A stretch of 64,000 nucleotides of DNA from Scenedesmus sp. PABB004 (lineage: Eukaryota): assembly GCA_014905635.1 (NCBI GenBank), contig JABVCE010000009.1:1178001-1242000 (forward strand), read 5' to 3'. Numbering within the stretch: the first letter of the stretch is position 1; the number at the start of each line of letters is the position of its first letter. Positions 12,012-25,126 of the stretch are shown one piece after another. Both the position numbers and the translations under genes were made by a program. The notes beneath the pieces were generated by a model. The model was not told the DNA's origin. It made no database searches and saw only the letters and a program-made list of their open reading frames with translations.

Positions 12012-14376
12012 ATGATGGCGCTGAGCGCCCGCCTGCCGGCCGGGACGGCCCGGAGAGGCGCGCTGGGCGCCGCCGCAGCGTCAGCAGCGCCGGCGGCCGC
12101 GCCAGCGCGGCCGCGCGGCAGCGGCGCCGCGCAGCCGCGGTGGCGGGAGCGCCCGCTGGCGCGGCGCGCCGCGCCGCCCGCGCTGGAGCTGCCGGTGCTG
12201 GCCGACGCGCCGGCCCCGGCGGCCCCGGCGGGCGCGGCGGGCGGCGGGCCGCTCGCGCCGCGCCCGCCCGCGCCCGCGGGGCCGGCGCGCGGCGGCGGCG
12301 GCGGCGCCGCGCAGTCGCGCGCGCTCACACGTCGCATCACGGCGTGCGCGACCTGGGCGGAGCTGGAGGGGCTGCTCGGCGCGGCGCGCGGGGGCGGGGC
12401 GGCGCTCAACGCGATCCACGCCTCCGCCGCGCTGCGCCGCCTCGGCGCGCTGCTGCGCGACGCGCCGCCGGCGGGCGAGGCGGGGCTCGCGCGCGTCGAG
12501 GCGCTGCTGCAGCGGCTGGAGGCGCTGTCGCTGCAGCTGCTGTCGACGGTGCAGGTGCGGCGCGGAGGGCCGGGCGGACGCGTGGGCGGGCGGGCGGGTG
12601 GGCGGGCGCGTTCAGCCCCCGCGCGGGGCATGCGGCGCCGAGCCCGGGCGGCGCCCGCGTCGACCCCGGCTGCGCGCAGCTGCCGCAGGCGGGCGCGCTG
12701 GAAGTGTGGCGCGCCGTGAGCAGCGCGCAGCTGCTGGCGCAGCAGGGCGGCGCCGAGGCGGGCTGCGGCGCGGCGCAGGCGCCCTGCGGCGTGGACGTGT
12801 CTCCGCAGCAGCTGTCGACGATGGCCTGGGTGCGCCGCGCCGCGCCGCCTGCGGCCGCCGCGCCTCGCCGCGGCCGGCCCCGCGCGTGCTGACGGCGCGC
12901 GCACGCGCCCTCCCTCGCCAGGGCTGGGCCGCCGCCGGCTTCCTGCCGGGGCGGCGCTGGTGGGCGGCGTACTGGTGCGCCAGCGCCGCGCTGCTGCCCA
13001 CCTACAGCGCGCACGAGCTGGCCACCGCGCTCTGGGCGGCCGCGAAGCTCGGGCAGCACCCGCCGGCCGCGTGGCTGGCGGCGTTCTGGCCCGCCGCGGC
13101 CGCGCGGCTGCCGGCGGCGCGGCCCCAGGAGCTGTGCATGCTGCTGTGGGGGCAGGCGACGCTGCGCCTCGCGCCGCCGCCGGACGGCGCGTGGTGGGGG
13201 CGCGTGCAGCAGGCGGCGCTGGCGCGGCTGCCGGGCATGGCGCCCCGCGACCTGGCGCAGGTGGCGTGGGGCTTGGCTCGCATGCAGGCCGCGCCACCGG
13301 CGGCCTGGCGCGAGCAGCTGCTGGCGGCAGCGGCTCGCCAGACGCGCCAGTTTTCGCCCCGCGACACGGCCATGCTGCTGTGGGCGCTCGCGGCCCTGCC
13401 GCAGCCCGACGTGCAGCAGCGACAGCCGCAGCTGCAGCAGCAACAGCAGCCGCGGCAGATGCAGGAGACGCGGCAGACGGCGGGGCCTGCGGCGCCGTGC
13501 GTGGAGCGCCAGCGGCTCGCGCAGCTGGAGCTGCTGCTGCTGGAGTCGCTGCTGCGCTGCCTCGCGTCCAGCAGCAGCAAGCTGGACGCCGCGTGCCCAC
13601 GCGACTTCGCACACATCCTGTGGGCGGCCGCGGTGCTGCAGCGGCGCGCCGGCGGCAGCAGCGGCGGCGACCACGCCAGCAGCGGCGGCGACGGCAGCTG
13701 CAGCAGCAGTGGCGTGCTGCTGCGCTCCTGGGCGGCCGTCACGTGGCAGCGCACGCCGCCGGCGCGGGCGGGGCTGGGCGCCGTCGACGGCGCGCAGCTG
13801 CTGTGGGCGGCCACGCAGCTCGGCCCCGGCTGCCGGCCCGGCGACGCCTGGCTCGCCGAGTGGTGGGCCGCCAGCGCGGCGCGGCTGGGCCGCGCCGGGC
13901 CGCACGCCATCACCCTGGCCGCGTGGGCGGGGCTGCGGCTGGGCCGGCCGCCGCCGCGCGCGTGGCTGGCCGCGGCGCTGCCGGCGGTTGGGGCGCAGCT
14001 CGCGGAGCTCGCGCCCGCGGGCGCGTGCCAGCTGCTGTGCGTGCTCGCGCGGCTGCGCGCGCGGCCGTGCCCCGCGCTCATGGCGCGGCTGCTGTCGCGG
14101 CTGCAGCTCGACGGCCACGCGCTGCAGCCGCGCGCCTGGGCGTGCGTGCTGTGGGCGCTCGGCGAGCTGCGCTACGCGCCCGGGCCGACCTGGTGGGCCG
14201 CCATGCTCGCCCACCTGGGCGCCGCGGTGCCGGGCCTGGGCCGGGCGGAGCTGGCGGCGGTGCTGGGCGGCCTGGCCGCGCTCGGCGCGCGCGTGCCGCC
14301 GGCGCTGAAGGCGGCGCTCGCCGCCCGCGCGGCCGCGCTCGCGGCGGCGCCACCGGCCCGGCTGGTGGGCGACTGA
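12012..14376 (+). CDS. Organelle-targeted helical-repeat RNA-binding protein (OPR/TBC2-like)
   Basis: Transit-peptide-like N-terminus, LNAIHASAAL motif, ~38-aa repeats such as PQELCMLLWGQATL..PP..W, PRDLAQVAWGLARM and PRDTAMLLWALAAL. Confidence 0.75.
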
Positions 14377-14846
14377 CGGCGGCGGGGACGAGGGCGTGCC
14401 AGGGCGGCGGCCTCCCGGGGCGTGCCGCGCCCCGCGCGCGCGAATGGGGGCGATGGCCGGCCTGTTCGTGCACCCGCCGGGCGAGCGGCCGCGTGTGCCG
14501 GCGCGCGCACCGCGCTCGTTGCAATGTGTCGGCCTCACCCGCGCGCTGCCAGCGTCCACCGAAGCCGAGTAGAACTCGCTCGTCCGGAGGTCCGCCCTCC
14601 GGCCCCGGCCGCGTGTGACCCCGGCCTGCCGCCGCGCTGGCTGTGCGGTCAAACACGAACGTTGCGATCGCGCAGGTCACACGTCCCCGCTTACGCGCGC
14701 ACTTACGCAAACGCCGGCGCTTTGCACCGCCCGCGAGGTCGCACGGGGCGCAGAAAACAGGCCTGGGACGCCGCTCTAAACCGCATGCATCGACCTGTCG
14801 GGCGCGGCACCGGGCGTAGCGCCTGAGGGCGCCGCAACGGCCGGGG

Positions 14847-17800
14847 ATGGTTCGCCGCCCTCGGCGCGCCGCCCCGGCGCGGCCGCTGGTGGTCTGGCTG
14901 GCCTTTCTGCTGCTCCTGGGCGGCGACGGGCACGTCGGTGCGTGGGGGGCCGCGCGGCGCGCGCCCCGCAGCGACTGCTGCTGCTCAAGGCCTTCGCCCG
15001 GCGCGCACGCGGCGCGCCCACCGCTGAGCGCCCCTCCCTCCGCTCCATCGCCCCGCAGTGAACGCCCAGGGCCGCGGCACGGCGGCGCTGGGCCCGCTGG
15101 TGGCCGCGCAGCGGGCGGCACCGGCGCAGCAGCAGCAGCAGCAGCCCGCGGCAGCGCCGGCGGCGCTGGACTCACTGCTGGCGCGCATGCGGGAGCAGCC
15201 GCTCCCCCCGGCGCCGGCGCCGGAGCAGCCGCAGCCGCCGGCGCCGCCGCCGCTGCGTCGGCACCGGCACCGGCGTGACGTGCCGGCGCCGGCGCCGCCG
15301 CCGCGCGAGCAGGAGGCGGCGCCGCCGGCGGAGCCACCCGCGCCGCCGCCGCCGCCGCCGGCCGAGGAGGAGGCGCCGCCAGCAGAGGCGCCGCCGGCGG
15401 ACGACGACGCGCCGCCGCCGGCGGACGACGAGCCGCCGCCGGCGGACGAGGAGGCGCCGGCGGAGGATGACGGGGAGGACGACGAGGACGCGGCGGCGCA
15501 CCGCGCGGCGCAGGCCGCGTGGCAGGCGCAGAACGACGCGCTGACGTCGCTGCTGCAGGCGGACGACGCGGCGCGCGGCGGCGGCGCGCCGGCGCGGCGC
15601 GCGCGCAGCCTGCTGCCGATCAAGGAGGTCACATGCTTCTACGACACCGTCAGCGGCCTCGTCGCGGGGCTGCGCGTGTCGCGACCCACGACCGACGGCG
15701 ACGTCACGTCGTCGCTCGTCGGCCGGCGCACGGCGCTGTCCAACACGTTTGCGCTGCCCGACGACGCGCGGCTGTACATCAGCGGCGTGAACGTCAGCTC
15801 CACGCGCGGCGGCGTGCTCTCGCTGCGCTTCGACCTCTCCAGCGGCGGGTCGCGCCTCTGCGTCGCGCGGCTCGGCGAGGCCGCGCTGCCGCCGCACGGC
15901 GCGCACTCGCGCGGCGCCGCGGCGCTCGCCGCGAGCATCGCGCGCGCCCAGGGCGCCGCGGCGGCGGCCGACGCGAGCGGGTCGTACGACGGCGAGAGCC
16001 CGCTGTACCGCGACCGGTCGGCGGGGCCCGCGCCCGTCACGTCGCGCTACTACAGCGGCCCGCTGCTGCGCGGGCAGCCCGCGGGCCTCGCCTCGCTCAA
16101 CCCGCTGCTCGACCGGCGCAGCAGGTGCGGCGGCGCGCGGGGACGGGGCGCCGCGCCGCGCCGCACCGTCGGGAGGCCTGTTCTGGCAGCCGCGCCGCCG
16201 CCGGCGGCAGCCCACGCGCGCCGCGCGCCCCGGCCGCAGGAACGTGGCGAGCTTTGGCAAGCGCAACTGCTGGCACTGGGTGCCGGCGGTGCAGGAGGAC
16301 CTGCAGTACGCCATCGACACGCAGCGCGGTGAGCGCCCGCGGCCGCGCCAGCAGCGCAGCGCGCGCCAGCAGCGCAGCGCGCGCCAGCAGCGCACGCGCG
16401 CCGCCGCGGCGGCGCCCGCTGACGCGGCCCGCCCCGCCCGCGCCACCCACGCGTGCGCGCGCGCCGCGCAGAGGCGGGCACGTGCTCCTACTGGCCGTGC
16501 AAGGACTGCAGCAAGGAGCCCTGGAGCGACGTCAACTGCTGCTGCTGGTCCAACAAGGACGGCCCCGGGCCGCGCCCGCCGAGCCCGCCGCCGCGCAGCC
16601 CGCGGCCGCCGCGGCCGGGGCGCAGCCCGCGGCCCGGCAGGTCGCCGCGGCCGGGGCGCAGCCCGCGCCCGGGCGAGTCGCCGCGGCCGGGGCGCAGCCC
16701 GCGCCCCGGCGAGTCGCCGGCGCCGCCGCCGCCGGGGCGCAGCCCGCGGCCGCCGAGCCCGCCGCCGCCGGGGCGCAGCCCGCGCCCCGGGCGCAGCCCG
16801 CGCCCCGGGCGCAGCCCGCGGCCGGGGCAGAGCCCCAGCCCGCCGGGGCCGCCGTCGAGCCCCGGGCCGCCGCGGCGGAGCCCCAGCCCGCGCCCGCGCG
16901 CGAGCCCCAGCCCCAGCCCGCTCAAGCGCAGCCCGCGGCCGAAGCGCAGCCCCAAGCCGGAGCCGCCGAGCAACTTCACCATCGGCCTCGCCGCGCGCGG
17001 GCAGCCGGGGTGCGTGCTGCCGCCGACGCCGCTGATACGCGCGCGCGTGTACCAGTACGCGGTCATGAAGCTCGCGGCCGCGGGCTTTGCGACAGACTAC
17101 AACATCCTCGCCGGCGACTGCACCTGCGCGGTCGACAAGGACCAGTTTGTGAGTGATTGCAGCGCAGCGCCGCGTGCTCGCCGCTGCGCACGCCGCTGCG
17201 CACGCCGCTGCGCACGCCGCACGCTGCACGCCGCACGCGCCGCGCCGCCGACCCTCCGCTGCTGACCCGCCCCAATCCCGCCGCCGCCCCCGCCACCGCC
17301 ACCCCAACCCAGGACACGCCAATGTACAGCTGCGGCATGGCGGTGGGCATCCAGAACCCCGACGTGGGCAGCCCCTACATCATCAGCGACTACGTGGCGA
17401 CCGACATTGACGCGAGCGGGCCCTTTGCCTGCATCGACGAGTACCAGCCCTGGTGCGCGCAGGCGGACGAGTACGCGACGTCCGCGTGCGCCCAGTTCCC
17501 CGCGCGCCCGGGGCAGTTCTGCACGATCGAGCCGCCCCCGGACCCGCTGCCGATGCCGGTGACGTTTGTGGACGAGGGCAACCGCTGCGCCGACCCGCCG
17601 GTGCTGTCGCCCGACGCGCAAGCGGCGCTGCGGGACTATGCCTTCAAGTTCACGACCGGCCTCGGCCTCGTGCTCACGTGGGAAAACTTCACCTGCGACA
17701 GCTGGGCGGTGAGGCCGGCAGCGCGGCGCGGGGCAGCGTGGGACGGGGACGGGGACGGGTGCCGGCCGAGGGTGCATGCGCGCGCACCGCGCCGCGCCGC

Positions 17801-18794
17801 GCCTCTCACCGCCCCCCCCCCTGCCCCGTGTCACCAGGGCAACGCGTGGTACCAGGCGACCATGATGCTGTCGGCGGGGGTGGACATCGACATCTACACC
17901 GGCAGGTGAGATAACACCACACACGCGCGGGACAACACCTCGGGCCGCGGGCGCGCGGCGGCGCGGCGCAGCGCGGCGCAGGGGGCGCACGCCTCACGCA
18001 CGCCCTCGGCCGCCCTCACGCCTCACGCCTCACGCGCGCGTCTCTCCCGCCCGCCCCGCCCCCGCAGCGACAACATCGTGCTGGGCGTGAACCAGCAGCC
18101 GACGATCTGCCAGAAGTCGGGGCGGCCCGGCTTCTGCCAGACCGCGCCGACGCGCGACGCGCTCGTGTGCAGCGCCAACCAGTACGACCCCAACAACGTC
18201 TACAAGTGCCCCCTCGGCGCGGGCAGCGCGGCGGTGACGTTTGCGGTGCCGTCGTGCAGCTGCGCGACCAGCCCCGACACGCCCGCGTACCAGAAGAACG
18301 TCGCGGTGTGGGTGCAGGACATGATGGTGCAGAACGCGATGGCCGTCGTCGTCAGCGTGCCGGAGGGCAAGTGCGTCCAGGACGGGGTGAGCGAGCCGCG
18401 CGCGGGCGAGCCGCGCGCGGGGCCGCAGCGCGCGCGGGCCGGCGCCGACGGCGCGCCGACGCGAGGCGCGCGTCGCTGACGCCGCGCGCCCCGCCCGCCG
18501 CCGCGTCTGCCGCCGCAGGCCAACTGCCAGTACCAGTACCGCGTGCGCGCGCAGCCGCTGGACGAGTTCACCGACGCGAGCGCGGCGACGCAGACGATCG
18601 CGACCGACGTGGCCAACCAGGCGCAGCCCTGCTGGCCCGCCGACGCGAGCGCGGGGTGGCCGTTTTGCTCCTACTGGCTGCGCGCGACCGCGTGCTCGAC
18701 CGCGAGCTGGGACCGCTCCAAGCCGCGCACCTGCACCATCCTGCCGACCGACGGCGGCAACACCGGCGGCGGCGACACCGGCGACTACCCGTGA
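14847..18794 (+). CDS. Secreted cell-wall hydroxyproline-rich glycoprotein: signal peptide, Pro/acidic region, possible jacalin-like segment, (PGRSPR)n rod, Cys-rich C-terminal domain (~8 exons)
   Basis: [14 protein letters not shown] signal peptide; SP-rich repeats; many Cys in downstream exons; GT-AG introns; TGA at 18792-18794. Confidence 0.7.
16570..16965 (+). repeat. Coding tandem repeat, ~18-nt unit CCGGGGCGCAGCCCGCGG = PGRSPR, with SPPP variants
   Basis: Directly visible repeated units inside the HRGP. Confidence 0.85.
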
Positions 18795-19698
18795 CGCGCG
18801 CGCCACAGCGCGCCACAGCGCGCACAGCGCACGCCGACGTGGACCGCGCCGCGGACGTCGTGCGCGCGCACGCGCGCCGCTCATCTCCTCCTGGCGCTCA
18901 GCGGCTCCGCCGCCATTTGATGCCCTGACTGCCGGCGGCCGCAGACGCCGCCGCGTGCGCGCGCGGCTGCGGCGAGACGAGTGACAGACATGCGAGTGTG
19001 GCGTGGAGGCTCTATATGTCAACGGATGCACGACTCACAACGTTTCATAAGCGCCCCCGCGCGCAGCAGCTCGCGCCCCCCGCCGGCGCGCCGGCGTGCG
19101 GCGCCGCCGCCCCAGCTGGGGGCGGGGCGCCCGGCCGGGGGCGCCGGGGCAGGGGGCGGGGTGGGGCTGCGCGGGCTGGGGTGGCGCGCAAGGTGTCGAA
19201 TTGTGGTGGTGCCTGCAAGCGGCACGCCCTCTCTGTCGCGGGCTCGACGTGGGGCTGCACCGTCACTGGGCCGCGCTCTCGCCGCGCTGCTCGCCAGCGC
19301 GGGGCGCGGGGGCGTGGCGGGCGGGCGGGCGCACTGAGCGGGCCGCCGCTGCAGACGGCTGGCCGGCCAGCGCCGCCCGTCAGCGCCACCACCCAACAGT
19401 GCCGCAGGCCTGCACAGGCACCATGGTCCAATCCAGGGCCGGGGCGGGGGCATCGACATCGGTGGGCGCGATCCATGTCACACAGCCACATTCAATAACA
19501 CACGCGGCGGCCTGCCTTTTTTATTGAAGCGCAGCTGCTGCGTGAGTAGCGGGCGGGGGCTTCCTATCTTGCGGCGCCGCCGCGCACAGCACGACTTGTC
19601 GTTGAGTGGCGCACGCACGCGCCAGCCGCGCGGCTGCGCCTGCTCCCGAGAGGTGACACACGCGCGACGGGCCGTTACTCGAGCGGCGCGCGCAATCA

Positions 19699-20568
19699 TC
19701 ACGCTGCCTGCTGCTGCTGCCGCGCTCGCCGCTCGCCGCCGCCGTCCGCCGCCGCGGGGCAGGGCGCGGCCGCGCCGGCGGCGTCAAAGCACTCCCGCCG
19801 CGCATCGGCCTCGCTCACGACGTAGCTCGCGTCCGTCGCGCGCACGGCTGCCGCGAGCGCGCGCGCGTCGGGCGCCGCGGCGCCGGTGGTGTTGGACCAG
19901 ACCGTCAGCTCGGCCGCGCCCGGCGCGCCCAGCTCCACCGACACGCCGTCGACGCCCGGCAGCGCGCCCAGCGCCGCGCGGAGCCGCGCCGCGCAGGCCT
20001 CGCAGCGCACGCCCGCGACCGCGAGCCGCGTGCGCACCGCCGCGGGCGGCCGAGGCGCCGGCGGCGCGGCGAGGCCCCAGCGCGCGAGCAGCGCCCGCAG
20101 CGCGGACCCGCCCGGCAGCGCGCCGCCGCCGCGGTTGTGCGCCGCCACGGCGCCCTGGCTGGCCATGAGCGACAGCGACAGCGCAACGGTGAGCAGCGTG
20201 CGCCGGTTGAGGCCCTGCGTGAGCGCGAGGTGCGCGAGGCACGCGACCGTGACGGCGCGGAAGGCGTGCCGCCAGGGCGTGAGCGCGGAGAAGCCGGCGC
20301 AGCCGATCGGCGTCGCGTTGAGCGCAAGCTGCAGCACGCAGCAGCTCGAAGACAGCAGGCCGCCCGAGAGCGCGCCGAGCACCGCGAGCGGCGCCGGCGC
20401 GGCCGCCGGCGGCGGCAGCCGCCGCGCTCCTGCAGGAGGCGCGGGGCGGCGCGGGCGGCGCGGGCGCGTGGGAAGCAGCGCCGCAGCTCGCCCCGCCTGC
20501 TGCTGCGCGGCGGGCCCCCAGCTCAGCTGCTGCCCGGGTTCCGGCCCCGACGCACCTGGCTGCTTCAT
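19699..20568 (-). CDS. MerT-like membrane domain fused to a heavy-metal-associated (HMA) domain
   Basis: LLSSSCCVLQL in the first hydrophobic helix, about 3 TM segments, then RLAVAGVRCEACAARLRAALGALPGV (HMA CxxC); probable in-frame intron 20555-20430. Confidence 0.72.
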   Translation of the reverse strand: MKQPGASGPEPGQQLSWGPAAQQQAGRAAALLPTRPRRPRRPAPPAGARRLPPPAAAPAPLAVLGALSGGLLSSSCCVLQLALNATPIGCAGFSALTPWRHAFRAVTVACLAHLALTQGLNRRTLLTVALSLSLMASQGAVAAHNRGGGALPGGSALRALLARWGLAAPPAPRPPAAVRTRLAVAGVRCEACAARLRAALGALPGVDGVSVELGAPGAAELTVWSNTTGAAAPDARALAAAVRATDASYVVSEADARRECFDAAGAAAPCPAAADGGGERRARQQQQAA

Positions 20569-20893
20569 GCGTCCCCCCTCCCCACGCTGCGGGGCCGCTG
20601 CGGGGCTGCGGCGGCGCCGAGCTGCAGGGCGGCGCTGCTGCGCTGGGCAGCGGGAGCTCGCAGGACGGTGGTCGGTGGAGTGCGTGCGTGCGGGTGTGTG
20701 TGCGGGGAGTGAACGGGCGGCCGTGTGCCAACTGGAGTGCGCCGAGGCAGGCGGCCAGCCGGAGCGCCGCCGCGGTTTTTGGGTCTCACGCTTGATGCCT
20801 TGCACCCGCGTCCCGTCCTCCTCCACAGCAGCGCCGTCGCCCGGCCCGCCCGGGGCGCGCGCGGGGGCCAACGACCGGGAGCTGCTGCCCGGG

Positions 20894-22691
20894 ATGCAGG
20901 GCCAGCAGCTCGCCCGGGCTGGGGGCGAGGAGGACGGCCAGGCGCCCGACTGGCCCGCCGAGCGCGCCAGGTGGGGCGGCTCGAGGCGGCCGGCGGCGCG
21001 GCACGGCGCCACGGCGGCGGCGCGGCGCACCCCCGGAGCAGCGGCGCCTCGCGCGCGCCGCGTCGACCCCGCCCGCCCCGGCCGCCGTTTTTCGCAGGCT
21101 GCTGGACTCCAACCGGGTGCTCCTGGAGGACAACGTGCAGCTGCGCCAGGAGCTGCTGGCGCTGCAGCAGGAGCACGTCGCGCTGCTGCGCGCCCACCAC
21201 GGCACGAGCCTGCAGCTCGCAGAGCTGCAGCGCCAGCACGCGCACGTGTCGCAGGTGCAGCAGCTGCTGCACCTCCAGCAGTCGCACTCGCCCTTCCTGG
21301 CGTCGCAGTCGCTGCCGCAGCCGCTGCACCGCGGCGACGGCGCGCGCGAGGAGCAGCCGCCGCCGCCGGCGCCGCCTCACCCGCAGCAGCGGGCGGCGCG
21401 CGCGCGCCAGGCAGAGCTGCTGGGGCGCTGCGCGAGCGCCAGCGACGTCGCGAGCGTGGCCAGCCGTGACAGCGTGTCGCCGAGCCGCTCGGGCGGCAAG
21501 CCGCCGCGCCACAAGCACAAGCTGCACAGGCGCGCGCCGCGCCGCGCCGGGGGCGGCAGCGGCGGCCGCGGCCCGCGCCCGGCCTCGCGGCGCGCGCTCG
21601 CGCCCCCACCCCGCCGCGCCCCGCCCGTACCCACGCACAGCTCCATCAAGCGCCTGGGGCAGCTGCTGTCGCCGCGCAAGCCCTGGGGGGTCGGCGGCAT
21701 GCCCCGCTCGCAGAGCGCCAAGTCGCTGGGCAGCGGGCCGAGCGAGGGCGGCGAGCCCGGCGACGCGCCCGCGCCGCCCGCGCCGCCGCGGCTGGTGGTC
21801 GACGTCGGCCTGCTCACCGGCCTGACCAGCCCCAGCGCCGCGGACGGCGCGCCGGGCGGCGCCCGGCTGGGCGCGGCCGGCCCGCGGCCGAGCAGCGCGG
21901 CCAGCGTGCGCGCGAGCGGCAGCGGCAGCGGCGTGCCGCCGCGCAACTCGGCGGCCAGCGGCGGCGACCCCGCCGCGCTGCTGCGGCGCTCGTGCGGCGC
22001 GAGCCTGCTGGGCAGCCGGCGGGAGGGCGGCAGCGGCGGCGGCGCGCCCGGCGGCGGCGGGGAGGGCTCGTGGCGCAGCCGGCGGCCCGCGCCGCTCACG
22101 TACCTGCGGCCCGTGCAGTCGGCGGCGGGCGCGCCGCAGGCGCCGGCGCTTCTGGCAGGCCCGGCGACGGCGGCGGGCACAGGCCGGCTGCCGGCCAGCC
22201 CCTGGCAGGGGGACCCGAGCAGCTGCCCGCCCTCGGTGCTGTGCGGCCCGCTGTGGCGCGACGCGCGGGAGCAGGCGGCGACGCCCGCGGCGTGCCGCTA
22301 CGCCGCCGCCAGCAGCCCGGGCGGCAGCAGCACCAGCGGCAGCGGCTTCAGCTTCAGCAGCAGCGGCCGCACCGCGCGGGAGCTGCCGCCGCCGGGCCCC
22401 GAGCCCGCTGGCACCTCTTGCGAGCGCGCGCCGACGCCGACTGGGCCCAGGGCTGCAGCGGCAGCCGCTGGCGTCGGCGGCCGCGGCGCGGCCAGCGGCC
22501 GCAGCAGCAGCGGCGGCAGCGACGCGGCGGGCGCCGCGCTCAGCAGCAGCACGCTCAGCAGCACCGCTGACGAGCCGCGGGCGCCAGCGGCGGCCCCGGC
22601 GGGCGAGGCGCCGCCGTCGCCGCGCGGCGGGCGCTGCAGCGGCGGCGGCGCGCGGCCGCCCTCGCCGCTGGGCAGCGGTGTGCGGGGCTGA
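20894..22691 (+). CDS. Hypothetical protein: short coiled coil followed by Ser/Gly/Pro-rich disordered region
   Basis: ATG 20894, intron 20971-21097, LLEDNVQLRQELLALQQEH coiled coil, GC-AG intron 21530-21640, TGA at 22689-22691. Confidence 0.55.
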
Positions 22692-23117
22692 CGCTGTCGG
22701 GGGACGCACTGCGCTCTGTCTCGGGGGGCGGGGGGCGTGCTCGCTTTGGCCGGGCGCCTTCGCCGCGGAGCGCGCCCTGCTGGTCGGCGCGCGGAGCGAG
22801 CGCTGGCGCGCGCTCGGGTCGGCAGCGCGCGGTGCTGCGGCGGCAGATGAGCCCTGCCTGTTGCGCCGCGCGGGCGCAAAGTGTGAGCTGTGCGCGCTGC
22901 GGCGGCGACCCAAGATCGCAGTGTCACCGCGCGCTGTCGCGGCGTTGCGCCGCCCGCAGAACTCGCCGCGCAGCCCCCGCCGGCGCTCCCCGCACGCGCC
23001 AGTCCCAGCACTCACTCTCGCGCCCGCCCTCCCCCGGTGACCAGCTTTTATTTGCGCGCCGGCGGCCGCCGGGCACTCGCTGGCGCGCTCTCCCTCTGCA
23101 CCGCGACCGCGGGCGCC

Positions 23118-25126
23118 ATGCTAGCGCAGCTCGGGCGCATTGCGCCTGGCTCCGCGCACGCGTCGCGGCGAGCCGCGCCGGGCCCCGCGCCGGGCGCCGC
23201 CGCTCGGCGCTGCTGCGCGGCGCCCGCGAGCCGGGCGGCAGCCGACACGGACAAGGCGCAGCCCGATTGGACGGGTGGGCACGCCCTGGGCGCGCGGCGG
23301 GCGCCGGGGCGCGATCCCGCAGCGCGGCGCCAGCCGGCGGGCAGAGGCAGAGGCTTGCGCGCTCACCGCCGCCGCGCCGCGCGGCCAGGCGAGGGCGTGC
23401 TGTCGCGGGTGGTCAACTGGATGATCAACACCAAGCCCATCTTCGAGGTCTTCAAGCTCGGCGCCAAGGGCGCGATGAAGAGCACCACGCGCGCGGCGGG
23501 CCTCGACTGGGACGCCCACGTCGCGGCGATGGCGCGCGACCCCGAGGCGCGCCCGCCGCGGCGGCCGCGGGCGCCCGCGCAGCCGCCGCCGCTTTGCGCG
23601 CCCGCGTGACGCGCCGCCGCGCGCGTGCGCGCGCCCCGCCCCGCCGCGCCGCGCAGCTGCAGCGGCTGTGCGACGAGTTTGCGGCGCGCCCGCCGGGCCT
23701 GACCTACCCGGCCTATTACACCGTGCCCTTCCACTCTTACGACGACGGCAACCTCAACTGGCAGGCGCGCGTGGGAGGGGGGGGAGGGGAGGGGTCAAAG
23801 GGAGGGAGAGTGGGGCGGGAGCGGTGCAGGCGGAGGGCCGGGGCGGGCGCGACACAGCGGCGCGCCGCGGCGGCGCGGCGCGGCGGGCGACGCAGCGGCG
23901 GCGGCGCGGCGCGCAGGCGGCGTACGAGGTCGAGCCCGCGAGCTACGCGATGGCGCTGCGCACGTGGAAGGACGAGGCGCTGACCGCGGAGGAGGCGATG
24001 GCGCGGCTGCGCGGCAACATCAACGCCGAGATCGCGGTGCGCGCGGCAGCGGCCGCGCGCGACGCGCCGCGCCGGCGGCGGGGCGGCCGCGACGCGGCGG
24101 CGGGACGGCCGCACGACGCCGCGACACGCCGCGCGCCGCGCCGCGCAGGGCTACCACGCGCGGCACGGCGTGCCCGCGCCGGGTCGGCTGCTGGACGTCG
24201 GGTGCAGCACGGGCATCAGCAGCCGCTGGTATCAGGCCCTCTACCCCGACGCCGACATCACCGGCCTCGACCTCTCACCATACTTCCTCGCCGTCGCGGA
24301 GCGTGAGGAGCGGTGCGCCCAACGCGCCGCGCCGCGCGCCGCGGCCCTGGCACCGCCGCGCGAGCCCTGCGCCGAGCGCGCCGCGGCGCGACCGCCGCCG
24401 CCGCCGCGCAGGCGGCGCGCCGCGCCGAAGCGCATCCGCTTTGAGCGCGGGCTGGCCGAGGACACGGGGTATGCGTCCGGGTCGTGGGACGCCGTGGTGT
24501 TCAGCTTCATCGCCCACGAGTGCCCCCAGGCCGCGCTGACCGCGTTTGTGGCCGAGGCGCGCCGCCTGCTGCGCCCGGGCGGCGTCGTCGTGTTCGTCGA
24601 CAACAACCCGCGGTGCGGCGCGGCCGTGCGGCACGGGGCGGCGCGGCGGCGGCGGTGACGGGGCGGCGGGCCCGCAGTCGCGGTCGCGGTCGCGGCGGCC
24701 GCGGCGCGCGCGCTCACGCCCCTGCCCCGTGTTGCCCCTCAATCGTCCCTTCCCGCCTCCACGCGCCGCGCAGGTCGAGGACGATCCAGAACCTGCCGCC
24801 GCTGCTCTTCACGCTCATGAAGAGCACTGAACCGTGGAGCGATGAATACTACAGGCGAATGACGCGCCGGCGCGACGCCGCGCATGATGCGGGCCCACCA
24901 TCCGCACGCGCGCCGCCGCGCCGTGCCGCGCCGCGCGCCGCGCCGCGCTGCGCCCGCGCGCGCGCCCTTGCCCCGCGCCGCGCGGGGGGCCGACGCCCGC
25001 ACCGCCGCGCCCGCGCCCGCGCGCAGCTTCGACCTTGAGGCGGCGCTGCGGGTCGGCGGCTTCGCGTCGGTCGAGACGACCGAGGCCGACCACCGCCACC
25101 GCACCGTGTTCGGCATCGCCGCGTGA
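23118..25126 (+). CDS. Class I SAM-dependent methyltransferase (UbiE/COQ5-like, cyanobacterial type), probably plastid-targeted
   Basis: YPAYYTVPFHSYDDGNLNW, LLDVGCSTGIS (motif I), ITGLDLSPYFL, RLLRPGG, LMKSTEPWSDEYY. Confidence 0.88.

Noticed and set aside
16570..16965. CRISPR-like or satellite array
   Set aside because: In-frame coding repeat (PGRSPR) without unique spacers; no cas genes; eukaryotic context
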